From the human T2T-CHM13v2.0 reference genome, Homo sapiens: a stretch of 64,000 bases of DNA. Under the pieces are notes generated by a model. It worked only from the letters and a program-made list of their open reading frames with translations. It was not told the DNA's origin and searched no databases. Shown in pieces: positions 1 to 21,273 of this stretch (within the stretch, counting starts at the first letter, position 1; each line of letters opens with the position of its first letter). A program made the translations under genes and the position numbers. The stretch lies in NCBI RefSeq assembly GCF_009914755.1, contig NC_060938.1; one strand, given 5' to 3'.

Positions 1-117
1 CATGGAGATGCCATTTGTTTAACCTCTCAGATTGGTAAAGATTCAGAAATTTTGAATGCACATTCTGCGAGTTAGGGCTGTGTTGGGAGTTTAAATTGGG
101 ACAAACTCCATGGAGAG

Positions 118-614
118 TGTGGCCATCTGAATAATGACCCCACAAAGATGTCCACATGCTACTCCCTGTAACCTGTGACTATATTACCTTACATGGCAAA
201 AGGAACTTTGCATAAGTGATTAAAGTTGCAGATCTAAAAATGGAGAGTGTGTCCTGGATTATCCAGGTGAGCCCAATATCATCATAATGCTCTTTACAAA
301 AGTGGGGCAGGAGTGTCAGAGCCAGCAGAGCTGTGATAACAGAAGCAGTGGCCAGAGAAAGAGAGATTTGCAGATGCCACACAGCCAGTCTTAAAGATGG
401 AGGAAGAGATCGCAAGCCAAGGAATGCAGGTAGCTTCAAGAATCTGGAAAAGGCAAGGAAATGGATTCTCCCCTAGAGCCTCCAGAAGGAGCACAGCCCT
501 GCCACATCTTGGTTTGAGGACTTTAGGCCTCCAGAATTGTAAGATAATAATTTTGTGCTGTTTAAAACCACTGCATTTGTGGTAATTTGTTGTAGCAGCT
601 ATGGGAAACTAACA
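118..614 (+). mobile_element. MaLR LTR (MLT1D-like) inserted in an old L1ME fragment
   Basis: TG...CA ends; typical MLT1 motifs such as accttacatggcaaaagg and ggaaactaaca. Confidence 0.75.
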
Positions 615-677
615 TGGAGAACAACTTGGCAAACTACAAATGTATGCATGTACTCTGGCCCAACAGCTCCGTATCTA

Positions 678-1142
<465 letters not shown>

Positions 1143-3021
1143 TTATGCTGTGGTATGAGAAGATCTCCAAGATATTGGAGGTGAAGAAAAGAAGACGCTT
1201 TTACTGCAATGAGCACAGTGGGTCCAATATGCTGACAGCTGTGTAGAAATCGGGAAGAGGGAGGATATATACTTATTTGTGTATCTATGCATAAATATCT
1301 CTAGAAGGAAAAATAAGAAACTAATAGTATGTGTTGCCTACAAGAGAAGGAACTGGATGGCTGAACAAGAAAAGGGAAAGGGAGACTTCTTACTGTATAC
1401 CTTTCATGTTTTATTGAAATCTCTGTAAGTAATATGAATAGATTACCCATTCAAAAATGTAAATAAAAACAAAAAGATTACAAACTAAACAAGAAAGAGA
1501 TTATGTAACTTGGCCACCCACCCAGCCAGTAAAGACACCATGATCACCAGTGGGCCTTTACAGAACCTTTCATTGTTTTTGAGGTTGGCTGTGCCATGAA
1601 TTCCAATCATCTAGAACCACAGGAGTGAATGCAGGGTGTGGCCTAAGGAGCAGGGTGAGAGCGCGATGTGGTAGTCTGATGGGATGTGGATGAAGGTCTG
1701 TGGTTAGCTAAAGCAGAGTTAACCTTACATTGTCTCTAAGTCAGGGCAGGAATTCTTCCTAAGTCCCTTCCGAGACCCTGTCCAGCCACAGAAACTCTAT
1801 GAGCTGGGTTGCCAGATTCAAAAATGAAACTACAGGATGACCAGTTACATTTGAATTCCAGATAAACAAAAATAATTTGAAAGCATTTGCTGTTTATCTG
1901 AAATTCAAATATAACTGGGCATCCTGTATTTTATTCAGCACCTCTACGTGTAAGGAGCCCCATGGCCTGGGGAGAGAGGCAGTGCAGCACACGAAGGCCA
2001 GCATGCAAGGCCAATGGGTCACAGCCTCCATGTCACAGCTACCGAAACTGTCCCTTACAGAGACTCTGAACACGTCCTTCTGACAGGTAGGAATAGAGAG
2101 AGGAGGGCTGCGTGGTAAAGTCACCGGCCGACAACAAAGTTACAGGGCTCCAAGTTAAAGTCAGTCTCTCAGCTCATTTCTGGCCCTGGAGCTTCTCCTG
2201 AAGGTGCTGTACGGAATGCTCTAGAAGAAGTTTGGAATGGGGGTGGGGCATGTCAGGCAACCCAGAGAAATGTTCTCCCAGCCCAGGTAATAAACGTACC
2301 CCTTTCCCCAAAGTACCGTTAAAGATGTTTAAAAAAAAATCTTAAAAAAAAAAAAAAAAACCCTTTAAGCTGACCTCCTGCCAAAGTACACATCAATTAT
2401 ACAGCTTCAGTCAGGCGGATGCTCGAGGAAAGGGGATCATGTTACACCCAGCTGGGCACTTTGTAGTTAGCACAAATGTAATATAAAGCGCAGCAGAGTT
2501 CATCAAGTGTCTGTCTGGATTTTCAGTTTTCATTAGTGCTATAATTAAAACCACATTTTCAGCTCTATTACCTGTAACAAGAAAGGAATGAGAAATGAGC
2601 TTGTCAAGGTCAGGCTTTTCCAGCTATTTATACTGAGGATCTGCAGGCCACAAGTTGTTGGATTTGGTGTAAACCAGAGCGACCGGCCAAATGTCGCACT
2701 CCAATCCATCCTGTGTGGCTTGAAAGGCACGCTCATGAGGTCATTTCCTTTGAGTGGCCACTGGGTCGCAGATGTCCACACGGCACCAAGGACCGGGAAA
2801 GATGGGTGATCAGGTAAATCCACCCTGGGCCATGGAGGGGTTTTCTCTCCCATTATGATCAAATTGGTTTCACCTCCTACAACAGCCCCCAAAGGCAGTT
2901 CTCAGACACTCGTGTTGAGGGCAGAAATCCTAAAGTCTAAAGACCATCCCCTTCCAACCTTGATGTGAGGTTGTGCAGGAGAGGGCTGGATGGGAAGGTA
3001 CATTTTAAACCTCCCCTGTTC

Positions 3022-3022
<1 letters not shown>

Positions 3023-3064
<42 letters not shown>
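3023..3064. repeat. (CA)n microsatellite
   Basis: About 21 perfect AC units. Confidence 0.98.
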
Positions 3065-3066
<2 letters not shown>

Positions 3067-3479
3067 CACAGTCCTCACTCTAGGCCGCAGATCCTTTCAG
3101 CCTGAACTTCCAGGCAGATATAGAACCCAGCCACTTCTCCCCAACACGCTGGTCCCTGGTACCACCATCTCTCCCCTGGATTCCAGGAAGAGTCTCCCTG
3201 ATTCTGCCCGGCTCTCCCCTCCACCCTCCCACACACACCCCACCGTCTGTCCCAGCAGAGCAGCCAGACCGTGTCACTCCTCCACACAAACCCCTCCACT
3301 GGCTTCCGGATCTCTCAGATTAGAAGCCAGGCCTCACAGTGGTGCTGGGGCCCCACTCCCTCTGGCCTCCTATTGGTCCTGGTCTTCTCTCACTGCACTT
3401 CCCCCCATGCTCCTCCTCCCCACTCTGTCCCAGGCCGTCTGGCCTCTGGGGTCCTCAGACACAGCAGCCACAGTCCTTC

Positions 3480-3900
3480 CTCAGAGGCTTTGCACTTGCT
3501 GTGCCGTCTGCCCGGAGTTCCCTTCCTCCTGTTATCCTCATGACTTGCTCTTCACTCAAAAGGCACCTTTTATACAGGGAGGCCTTCCCTGACCACCCTA
3601 CATCACAGTACAAGCCACCAGCACCCCTAACCCCTACCCCCCTTAACCCCCACCCCACTGACCACGGCATTCCCCATTTCCTCTCTCACCTTTATTTTTC
3701 CTCATGGCACTTATCACTATCTGGTCTACAACATACTACTTTACTTCTTTATTTTCTTTAGATGTCTGTCTCTTCTCACTCCCAGAATGTAAATTTCTTG
3801 AGGACAGAGATTTTTGTCTGTTCACTGCTGTATCCCCACTACTTAGAAGAGCCCTGGCATGTAATAAACAGTCAGCAGGTATTTGTTGAATGGATGAATA
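3480..3900 (+). mobile_element. L2 3' fragment
   Basis: Ends in the L2 tail atttgttgaatggatgaat. Confidence 0.65.
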
Positions 3901-4254
3901 CAATCCAGAGACGGCTCAAGCTAGCACCAAGTGGGCCTTCTGTGGGTGAATAATCACTTACTCCCTGAGATCCACCCAGTGAGAAAGTGCAAAGACCATC
4001 TGCTCTTCTACCCACCAACCCAAAGGTGGGTCTCTGACAAGTGCTTGGTCTCCGGGCAAACTCAAGATGGCTGAGACACATCTTTCTCCACCAGAACCAC
4101 CCTTGGAGAGCCGACTGGTCATCCCTTACAGTAGATGAGATCCAGACTCCCCTCACCTTGTAGGAGGTAGAATGCCCTCCCAACAACACTGCCCTCCTTG
4201 CCTTCCAGCCTAGATCCTAGGTGAACTGGACCTGAGCACTGAGTACCTCACCTT

Positions 4255-5008
4255 GATGGTTATATCAACTTGGCTGGGCCACAGAGCCCAGATATGTGGT
4301 CAAACATTATTCTGGATGTTTCTGTGAAAGTGGTTTTGGATGAGATTTACATTAAATGAGTGGACTTTGAGTAAAGCAGAGTGCCCTCCATAATATGGGT
4401 GGGCCTCATTCAATCAGCTGAAGGCCTAAATGGAACAGAAGACTGACCTTTCCTGAGCAAGTATAAATCCTGCAGCAGACAGCCTTCAGACTTGAACCAC
4501 AGCACTGGCTCTTCCCAGGTTATCTAGCCTACTGGTCCACCCTGTAAATTTGGGACTTCCAGCTTCTGTAATCACATAAGCCAGTTCTTCAAAAATCAAT
4601 CTCTTTAAATATATATACACATATATATACACACATATATATACATATATATGAATATATATACATATACACACATATATATACATATATATGAATATAT
4701 ATACACATATACACATATATACATATATATGAATATATATACATATATACACATATATACATATATACACACACATATACATATATACACATATATACAT
4801 ATATACACATATATACATATATACATATATACACATATATATACATATATACATATATACACATATATATACATATATACATATATACATATATATACAT
4901 ATATACATATATACATATATATACACATATATATACATATATATACACATATATATATAAAACATATCATGTATTAGTTATATTTCTCCAGAGAACTCTG
5001 ACTAATAC
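4255..5008. mobile_element. MLT2 (ERVL) solo LTR containing a TA-rich microsatellite
   Basis: ggtcaaacattattctggatgtttctgtga ... gagaactctgactaataca. Confidence 0.8.
4607..4958. repeat. Compound (TA)n/(TACA)n microsatellite, ~350 bp
   Basis: Seen directly. Confidence 0.97.
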
Positions 5009-5389
5009 ACATGGCTAAGCTGTTGAGATGTAGTTCTCCTGGGAGTCAACCCTCCTGCAGGAAACCAAGTTCTTCCAAGGGCCATCTGCTCTGGAAGCAT
5101 GAGCTTCCATCTCATGCCTCTTCCTTTCATCCATGCGCAAAGACTTATACAGCCCCCTGGCATTCCCAGGACACCTTGCTGGTCACTTCCCAAACTAAAG
5201 GGCAGAAAAGAATCCCATATAACAAAAACTGTTGCTCAGCTGCTATACTAGGAACTCAAGGAAACATTTCTTTGTCTATGATGTCATCGTAAACAATCTT
5301 ACCAGGAGCAATAATATTCATATGCCGCATGCAAACATCACACCGTCACTTCGTGCTAACACTTGACTGAAGTCTGAGAGGCTGAAGAA

Positions 5390-5640
5390 AGAGCAGAATA
5401 GTTAAGAGCATGAGCCCTGGAGGTCTAACTGCTGGGACTCCAGTCTCCACTCTGCCACAAACTAGCTGAGTAAAATGTGCCAATTCCCTTAACCTCAATT
5501 CTCTCATCTTTAAAATGGGATGCAATAATTATACCTATTTCACAGGACTGTAATAAAACCAAGTGGAAAAAATACAAGTGAAGCACATATCCCTGTGCCT
5601 GACATACGGCCCATGCTCTGTAAAGGTTACTGGTATTTAT
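5390..5640 (+). mobile_element. MIR
   Basis: MIR core ctcatctttaaaatggg...acctatttcacagg. Confidence 0.65.
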
Positions 5641-7839
5641 TGCTGCAGCAAGAAGCCCAGGCCTTAAAGAGTCTTCTACAAATGCACGCAGTACTCTGAA
5701 GAAGGTGATTAAATCAGTTATGACTCTGTGGGTTGCAAGTGAAAAGCAGAAAATCCTTCAAAAGATATAGAGCCCTCAAGAACTCTTGGAGGGCATGCTA
5801 CCACAGACGAGTCTCTTCCACAGTAGCCCCAGAAGTGGTTGCACCACCACATAGATTGGATCCTATGGTGAAAGGCTGGGCTCACTTTAAGGCTGGGCAG
5901 ACTGAATTGTGAAGAAACTCTGCGACTTATTCATAGATTGTGAGAATAAATGGTAAACAAGTAAATGAGCAAATACATCCATGCCAGGAAGGAAACAAAC
6001 AGGGTGCTTTAACATTTAAAAAGAAGTGGGTGTGTCATACCCAGCACAGGCAATTCCATACAGACAAGACGGTAGATGAGTGGATGCCAGAGGCTGGGAG
6101 GAATGCGAGGTGGGCCGTGATTTCTTCATGGTATGAGGTTTCTTTTGGGGACAATGGAAATGTTCTGAAGTTAGATAGTGGTGATGGCCGTATAATATTG
6201 TGAATATACCGAAAATCATTGAATCGTACACTTTTAAATGGTGAATGTGGTGTTTTGTGAAATCTTATGTGAATTATATCACAATTAAATTTTTAATTAA
6301 AAAAGAAAAGCTGGCTGGGGCCGGGCCTTTTAGATGAGGTAGTCAAAAAAGTTCCCTCCAAGGGGTTTCTATGACCAGAGGACTGAGAAATGGGAAGGAG
6401 CCAGCCTTTGGAAGATGCACGGAAGAGCTCACTGTGCAGATGGAAGAGCAAATGCAGATGCCACAGAGTGTGCCCCGCTTGGCAAGGTCCATGTGCTGTC
6501 CCAGATTCGGCCCCTGGGAAGGAAGAGAGAAAGAGAGCTTGAAGTGTAGGAAGAAGCTATATCCTAGAAGGCCTTGGTAGGGCACAGTAAGAAGTGGGGA
6601 GTTCATGCTAAATGAAATTGAAACCCACGGAAGGCTTTTCCGCAAAGGAGTGCCCACCCCACTTGCCATTTTTGGAAGATCGCTCACAGCTCCCAGCACG
6701 CAAAGCACCCATTACCAAGTGGCAGGACCAACACAAGGTATGAGACATTGATGAGATTCATTCTCATTAGTTGGAAGCTTCTGCACTTTCAACAAAACTG
6801 TAACCAGGGGCTACGAATTAGATGATGAGCTTATTCTTAAGAAGACATGTTATAAAAGGTAATATGAAACAATATGGATTTCTTGTCTATTCCAAAAGGC
6901 ACCTTCTCTCTTTCCCCATAAAATACTTGGTAATAAAAGGATACTCTGTCACCTCCCAGCTTCCTGGAGTGACAATGGCAATGCTGTCATTATTAAGTCA
7001 AGAGCGCCCTCTACAGTTATGAGTCTAGATTACAGCTTACTATTAGCCTCGAACAATGTCTACTTTTGTGAAAAATTACCATCCCCTCAGCTCATGCCAT
7101 CCATGATAAGCTAGTTCCACCAACTCTTTCCTGAAAACTGAAGGAAAATATTCAAAGGAAGTGACATTGGCAGCTTTCTTGGATGACTGAAATGTCAACA
7201 CAAATGTGTCGGCTCTTTGGAGTAACAGTCTCCATAGGCCAAAAGGAGGATGGTCGGGTGTATGTGTGTGTGTACAATATACATCTATCTACTCACTGCT
7301 AATCAATATTTGATCTCATTATGTAACTGGAAAAAGAGAACATGTGTTTGATCACTTTGTGATTATCAAAATACTTGATATCAAGTCGGTGAAAAGTACT
7401 TCAAAAATGTAGAAGTTTATTATCTTGCCATAAAATAATAGAACAAAGAGGCAAGGGACTGGCTTCCATTGGCCCAGTGACAGCAGCAGGAGGCTAGGAG
7501 AAGCTCAACCAACAGCTGAGCAGTAGTATGGACGGGTTGAAAAAGCAATTGATATTTGGGAGGAAGGCTTTGACCAAAAAAGTGGGGAGATGGATGGAAC
7601 CATGAAAATCGCATGAAAAAGTGCGAGAAGCTTTTTTAAAAATTCCCCAGGAGAGGGATTTTAAAAAGAATACCCAGAGAGAGGCGCCTGTGAGCAGCTG
7701 GAGAGGACAGGGAGGACTATTTGTCTAGGAAATTAGAGCTGTTAGGCAGAGCTGAACTGCCTAGAGAATGGGAAATCATAATTTGTGAAACGCTTTTATT
7801 GCACCCCGCCATGGTGGATTCCTTGTCCCAAATATTCTT

Positions 7840-8143
<304 letters not shown>

Positions 8144-9827
8144 TGTCCCAAATATTCTTACGCAAAATTTATTCGGGAAGGAGAAAGAAAGGGCATGCAA
8201 GTTCAGAACCTGTCTCACGCCTCTAAAACTTCCAGGCCACCTTCAGTACAAAGAATGGGGGGAATGTCCGGGCGAGCCACGGGAGGCGTTGGGGAGAGGG
8301 GAAAACGGATTCCTTCCTGCCGTTCTGCTTCCACTGATTAATACAGCCATTAAAAAATGAAATCTGTTCCTTAGACAAAATATGGTGAAACATTCCTGCG
8401 CGCTCCATCCTTGAAACAGATTTCAGTATTGGCCTGTCTTCTCAGTGTTTGTTTTGGTTCCTTCAGCCCACGCTGGAGTCCATGGGTTTTTTCCTTCACT
8501 CATCATCTCGCCTCCTGCTGCTTCAGCCGAGAATGAAGTAATAATTCAGCAAGCTGTTCAGGACTTCCCATCAGCCCAACTGCACCGCGCCGTGTTTTGA
8601 GGGCTCAGGCATCCTTGAACTCCACGGCAGAGCAAGCCGCGGGAAGGAACTCACTCATGTTGGCTCCCTTGCCTCAATTAAGGCAGTTTAGGAAGCAAAG
8701 TGAGAGAAGCACTTTAAAAAGCACAAGAATATCTCCTCGTGGGTCCTCACTTGCATGTTCTTACGAAGCCGGATTGTTCGTAGCCTACTCTGCAATTTCA
8801 GAGTGGTGAGTGGCTCCAAAGCAGCTTACAAGGAAACATAACTGTCACAGAGGCTAAGAGATTGCTTAAAAATAAATTACTGATTCTCTTTTCCTGAGAG
8901 CAACCTGCTGTGACCTTTGGAAGGCTTCTTTTGGGTCTTCAATTTTGCATCTGCCTGAGCTAAAAGGGATTGCCAGAGTCCCACTGTTTGGTTTATGACC
9001 CAGCTCATCCCTGTCCCTTGGAGGACGTGAGGACATGAGCCTGGCATTAGTGCACACTGTAAATGTGTTTGTGCCCAGAACTCTCTAGAATAGAAAGGTT
9101 TCCAAGTACTTCACTATAATGACTTAGTCACAAATGAATTTTAATATGCTAGAAGAACATGAGTATTTTGGATGAAAAGCCAATCTTTTCGTCCCCCCTT
9201 TTAAAATAGAAAGAAGCATAGCATCTGAGCTCTGTGGAAGGGACCATCCAAAACTAATGAAATACCATCTTAACGTAAGCACCTAAAGCAAGCATGTGTG
9301 CGCCATGGGGGCCTCAGTCCTGGTGGTTTCCTGGAGAAGATTTCACATGAGAGAGAAAAAGCTTCTCTGTTCCCTGATGCAGTGTGGATATTTTTAAATG
9401 GACTTTATGCGTTTTTTGTTTATTTGGTTTGGTGCTGAAAAATTAGACAAGGCACTCAGCTCTCTTCACATGACTAAAGTTTGAACTTGTGCATAATGAG
9501 TGCAAAATAGTGTCTGAAAATAGCAAAGAACAGAAGAGTAAGATGATCAGCGGGAAGGGAGGCAGCACGTCATAGGGAAGGCAGCCAGTACTCTGAAAAG
9601 CAATCCAACAAATAATTAACTGGTTGAAAGCCAAGAGGACAGTATGATAACAGACACTGATAGACACTAATTATAAGTGCAGTACTGTGAAACATGAAGA
9701 AATAATATGGTTAACAATCCTAAAAATGTTACAATGGGCAATGTAAGATGAGCAAGGAAGCTACAAGGAACACTCTATCGTGTTATATTTTGGCTGCTAA
9801 TTTCTAGCAATAACACATTTATAATGA

Positions 9828-10168
<341 letters not shown>

Positions 10169-10329
10169 GACCAATACATCTTTTGAACCACTGAAAAGGT
10201 TGGCTGAACAGAAAAGTATTTTTGCATGTAATATATATGGAAAGGAAAGAGAGAGTGTCAGATTATAGGAAGAGTTACACTGAGTCAAGCCCATCAAGGT
10301 ACAAGGTTGAAGGTAAGATCCCAGGTGAA

Positions 10330-11586
<1,257 letters not shown>

Positions 11587-11685
11587 AAGATCCCAGGTTA
11601 CTCCCCAGATGCAAAGACCCTATAAAGCCTTCCTAAAATAACCAGTCTTATCATCTCAATTGGCTGATGCTTAACGTGCAGTCAA

Positions 11686-12073
<388 letters not shown>

Positions 12074-13086
12074 TGAAAGCTCCAAAGGGCAGGAAGTCTG
12101 ACTTCCTGGTTCACTTGTCAATACCACAGAACTACCATAGGTAAGTTTTTCCAACAATGTATTTTCTGTCACTTTTTGTTTTTCAGTTTGTTTGTTCGTG
12201 GTATGTAGGTATGCATTTTGCAGACAATGAGAGCAAACATTTACTGAATGCTTGCTGTGTGCCACGCACCATCCTAAATTCTGTGCACACATTACCTTAT
12301 TTAACCCTCACAGTAACCTTCATGGGGAGGTACTATGACCACCTCCCTCTTTGCCAGCTGAAACGACTGAGGCACACAGAGGCTAGTAAGTCTGCCACTC
12401 CTCATCTCTATCAAGTTCCAATTCCAACTGCTGGCAGAAATTACACTCCTAGCTAACTCCAGGTACGTTAGCAGTTTCAAATTTAAAAACAGTTCAGCAT
12501 TTCCTCCTCCTCCTCCTCTTCTCAAGGTCGTTTCTAAGCTCTTGGGGACTTGTGTAGCACTGTGACACCCGGAAAAGGCATCTCCTCCCTTGTGGCCATC
12601 ATCTGCCTTACACTGGCAACTGCTGAGATGTTCTGCTCAGTTTGGTCCTCAGATCTGATGACCCTCCAGAGCCAGCATGTGCTGGGGGAGCTGAATTCCT
12701 ATCTCGTCTCCAGCCACAAAGTGAGCACTCAAAATGCTGGTCTTTCTACCAAGGGACACCTTCAGGCCCACCTGCCCTCACGCTTCCTCTTGGCTAATTC
12801 GCAAGCCCTTCTTGAGTGATATGAAACTGTGCTCTTCCAAGGGCAGGAAACCAGGTAGGTTGTTGGCTGTGTTGATACCTACGCTCCTTGTCTTTACTTG
12901 TATAAGGCATCCCACCAGTGTGGGAGGGAAGCCCCAGAGCATGGCATGCTGTCCCAGAACTCATCCTGGACATCATCTCAAGCTCCCTCTGCCCTTGTGT
13001 GCCCATGTGGATCTCAATGTCCCAGTGTTAACACAGTTTGTTACCTCTTGGCTTTCAGCCAAAGCACCACAATGTAGCAGTCTCTT

Positions 13087-13709
13087 TGTGAGGTATCACC
13101 CAGAGTTCTTTGTCTCACAACCAAGAAAATTAAGGAGTGTGGACACAAAGGGCGAGGTTGGAGTGCAAGTTTAATAAGTGAAAGAAGAGAGGGCCCAAAA
13201 GAGGGGTTGCCATGGAAAGAGGGCCCAAAAGAGGAGTTGCCGTTTTTACAGTTGAATCCAAAAGCTTTTATGAGAAACTCTCCTCATCTCTGCAGCTGTT
13301 TGTGTAACTTCCCTTATCTGTGGAGCTGTCTGTGTAACTCTCCTAATCTTTGCAGCTGTGGGCATGTCTTTTTAGGAAAGCACAAAGTGCAGCTTCTCTT
13401 GTTTGTGCAACTGTGGGTATGTTTGGGTAAGGCCCCACCCCCTCCCCATGCAAGTTCCCATGGAGCCTCCCATGTACATACCTGAAAAGGGGAAGAAACT
13501 TTTTCCTGGGAGCCTGCTGATTACACCAAGAACAAAGGCTGCTGTGTTGGGTCTTGCTTTCTTATCTGTGCAGCTGCAGCCTGAGTTTTCCCCAGGCTGC
13601 TGTTTGTGCCTATAGCTTTGATTTTTCAGGCTGTTTCTCTGTTTGAAGGAGTTTTACCAAGGACCCATCTTTAGCTGTCTGCCCAACTCATTTTTCCTTT
13701 TCTCCCTCA
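13087..13709 (-). mobile_element. ERV1 solo LTR (MER61-like)
   Basis: TG/CA termini, LTR-type internal repeats, degenerate p53 half-sites. Confidence 0.6.
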
Positions 13710-14199
13710 CCAGCACACTGCTCCTTCCCCAGCGCTGCTCTCTAGGATGGGTGTGAGTAGCAGAAGGTTCTGCTTTCTCAGAGATCACTTACTCCTGCCT
13801 CTATCTCACCTCTCCAGCCCACAGTTTTCTTCTTCTCTTCTGTGTCTTATGGGGGAAAAATAATCCCGACTCCTAAAGTGTTCTTCACAAATCTTGCTTA
13901 TACCCATGAAATGGCTTTGGAATTTAAAATGAAGATTCAGAAGTTGTGTTCACCGATTTCACACCAAAGATCTTTCCTTAAAGTGATGGTGACTAACATT
14001 GAGTGTTCAGGCTTAGGGCAAGGCGTCAATGTAAAAATGAGTAAATTTGATAAAGCATAGAGCAGGAGGGTACACATAAGTTATAAGTCCAAAATATCAT
14101 GCCACCACAAAACCATGAGAAAAAAAAGTTTAGTAAATGATAGGGAAGGTATCCACACACTCTAAAAGCACAGATCAAAACATCTCATTGGATTCAAAA

Positions 14200-14880
14200 G
14201 CTGATAGATGATATAATTGCATTTTATATGACAGTCTTGCAAAGGCAAAATTATAGGGACAAAAAATATAGATTATATACATACAGTGGAATATTATTCA
14301 GCCATGAAAAAGAATGAAGTACTGATGCTTGCTACAATGTGGATGAACCTTGAAAACATTATGCTAAGTTAAAGCCAGATACAAAAGGTCATATATGATT
14401 CCATCTGTATAAAATATCCAGACTAGATAATCCACAGAGACAGAATACAGATTGATAGTTACCAGGGACTGGGGAGCAAGAAAGAGGGAGATAACTGTAA
14501 GGAATTTTACTTTGAAGTTATGGAAATGTTTTCAAACTAGACAGGGGTAGTGTTGCACAACATTGTGAATGTATTAAATGTCACAGAATTGTTCACTTTA
14601 AAATGGTTAGTTTTATGTTATATGAGTTTCACTTCAGTAAATTATTTTTTTTAAATCAGTGGTAGCCAGGGGTTGGGAAGAGACTTGACTATAAAGGGGC
14701 ACAGGACTACTTTGGAAAATGATGGAATTATTCTGTATCTTGATTGTGGCAGTAGTTACACAGCTATCTAATTAGTCAAATGTAGAAACTATACATTTGA
14801 ATAGTTTCGCATCTATTTTATAAAACTATATACAAATAAGCATGATTTTACTGTGTGTAAATTATAGTTTAATTTCTAAA
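14200..14880 (+). mobile_element. Old L1MB/L1MC 3' fragments
   Basis: tggaatattattcagccatgaaaaagaatgaag and related L1M 3' motifs. Confidence 0.7.
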
Positions 14881-15321
14881 TGGAGGGAGAGAACCATCCA
14901 ACAGATAGAAGTGAAATAAATATTACTAAATCCTGCCACAGGTTATTTTACTAGAGAATGACTAATAGGGTCATTAAAAGATTTTTTTTAGTTTCAATCT
15001 AATAAAATAAAAATTTACTGGCTACTATAGGATGGAATTTATACTGTCATTTTTCATCATCCTGTTAGTCACTGTTTAAAAATTTGGTGTGTATCAATGT
15101 GTTAGAGAACTTAACTAAGATTTTTAAAGATAACTATGTAAATATATCAATACTAACTCTCTAAATAAAGGAAACTGTACACTTAAAAGCAATCATTGAG
15201 GCATGAGGTCAAGTAGGTTATTTGTGAAATAATGTAGCGCAGAACTCCAAAGTCAATCATAGCAAGACAATTTAAACTATCCTGACCTAATAATTTCAAA
15301 CATATTTTATTCATTTCAAAG

Positions 15322-15862
15322 GTGTTCTGGCTATCCATTGCTGCTTAACCAGTCCAAAACTTATTGGCTTAAAACAATTTTAGTATTATCTCCCACAATT
15401 CTGAAGGTTGAATGGGCTCAGCTGGACAGTTCTCATCCAGGGACGTCATGTTGCAGTCAAATGGAGGAGTAAGTTTCAATCTGTAAGCTCAGTGGGCCTG
15501 ACGTTCACTGTGCCTCACTCCTGTGATGGCAGTTGAAGCTAGTTGTTGGCCAAGAGCCCAGCAGTGGTCTGGGAAAGCACATCACATAGCCTATATGTGG
15601 CCTCTTCATGTAACCTGAGCTCCACCCAGCACAGTAGCTGGGATCCCGGAGGAAGTATCCCAAGAGCAAGCATTCCAAGAGGCTTGGATAGAGGCTGTAA
15701 GACCTGACCCAGCCTTGGAAGTCATACAGTATCATTTCCACCTCACTTTATTGGTCAAAAAGCAAGTCACAGGGCCAGCCCAGACTCAAGGGTAGGGAAC
15801 TACACAAGAGTACTAGGAGGCATGTTTCACTGGGGACCATCACTGGAAACTAGCTTCCAAAA
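15322..15862. mobile_element. MLT1 (MaLR) LTR
   Basis: ctatccattgctgc...ggtcaaaaagcaagtcacagggccagcccagactcaag. Confidence 0.65.
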
Positions 15863-16249
15863 GAACCATCAATATTTATGAGGATCTTGGAATGATATTA
15901 AGTTTTCAGCTGTATCATTTTGGCAATTTTTTAATAAAAATTAGTCCCAATTTTAGAAAGCATACATCTTGGCAACTAACTACTGTCTAGTTTATTCATT
16001 CAACAAAAATTTACTGAGTGCCTACTATGTGCCAATCACTGTGCTAGGTCTGGAGGATAAGTGGATAATTAAGACGTGAAATCTGTCTTCTTGGAGCTTA
16101 GAGTCTTAGAGTGTGCATCATGGAAAGAAAAATTCCACAGACTCTGTTGGAGTGCAAAGGAAAGAGTTGGTTCTCCCTAAAGTGGAGTAAAGGAATGTTA
16201 GGAAATGCTTTAGAGAGAAGGGATTCATGAGGGGAAAGTTTTTAAAAAA

Positions 16250-20490
<4,241 letters not shown>

Positions 20491-20828
20491 TGCTGCAACC
20501 TCCCTCCCATGAGAGGAGTCTTGACAAATAAGGATATATTTCAAAATCCTTACCATATGTTTGGGATAAGAGTTAGAGTGGGATGGAAGGAGTGTGAGGA
20601 AGAGAGAGGGCATTCCAAACAGAGAAAGCCAGCAAAAACAAAGGTGAGGAGGCACAGTACATATTTAGGGTACCAGAAGCAATTCCACATGATTAAGAAT
20701 CAGAATTCAGGAAGAACTTATAGACATGGGCATCAATCTTGCAGTCTTACACAGATGTGTTTAATTTGGTACAAAGGTTATATTTTTTTTTTTCACTTTA
20801 ATAATGAACATTTAAAAACGCAATGATT

Positions 20829-21119
<291 letters not shown>

Positions 21120-21273
21120 TTAATGTTTTAAAATTAGTTTCTAACACTTAGTAAACTTAGTAAACTTAGTTTGATGTAAAAATCCAGCTTCTCATGAAAA
21201 AAGAAGTTGTTACTTTGGCCACGCTAAGCCCAAATTCCCACTCACCAGTAATTGGCTGGAGCCAAAGAGTGGC

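Noticed and set aside
2990-3761. 200-aa and 140-aa ORFs
   Set aside because: Run through a (CA)n repeat and an L2 fragment; low complexity and no recognisable protein
4486-4977. Long Y/I/M/C-rich ORFs
   Set aside because: Translation of a TA/CA microsatellite
21145-21170. Short tandem duplications (9-bp unit here; also ~54318-54368 and ~45030-45095)
   Set aside because: Ordinary slippage products with no further structure
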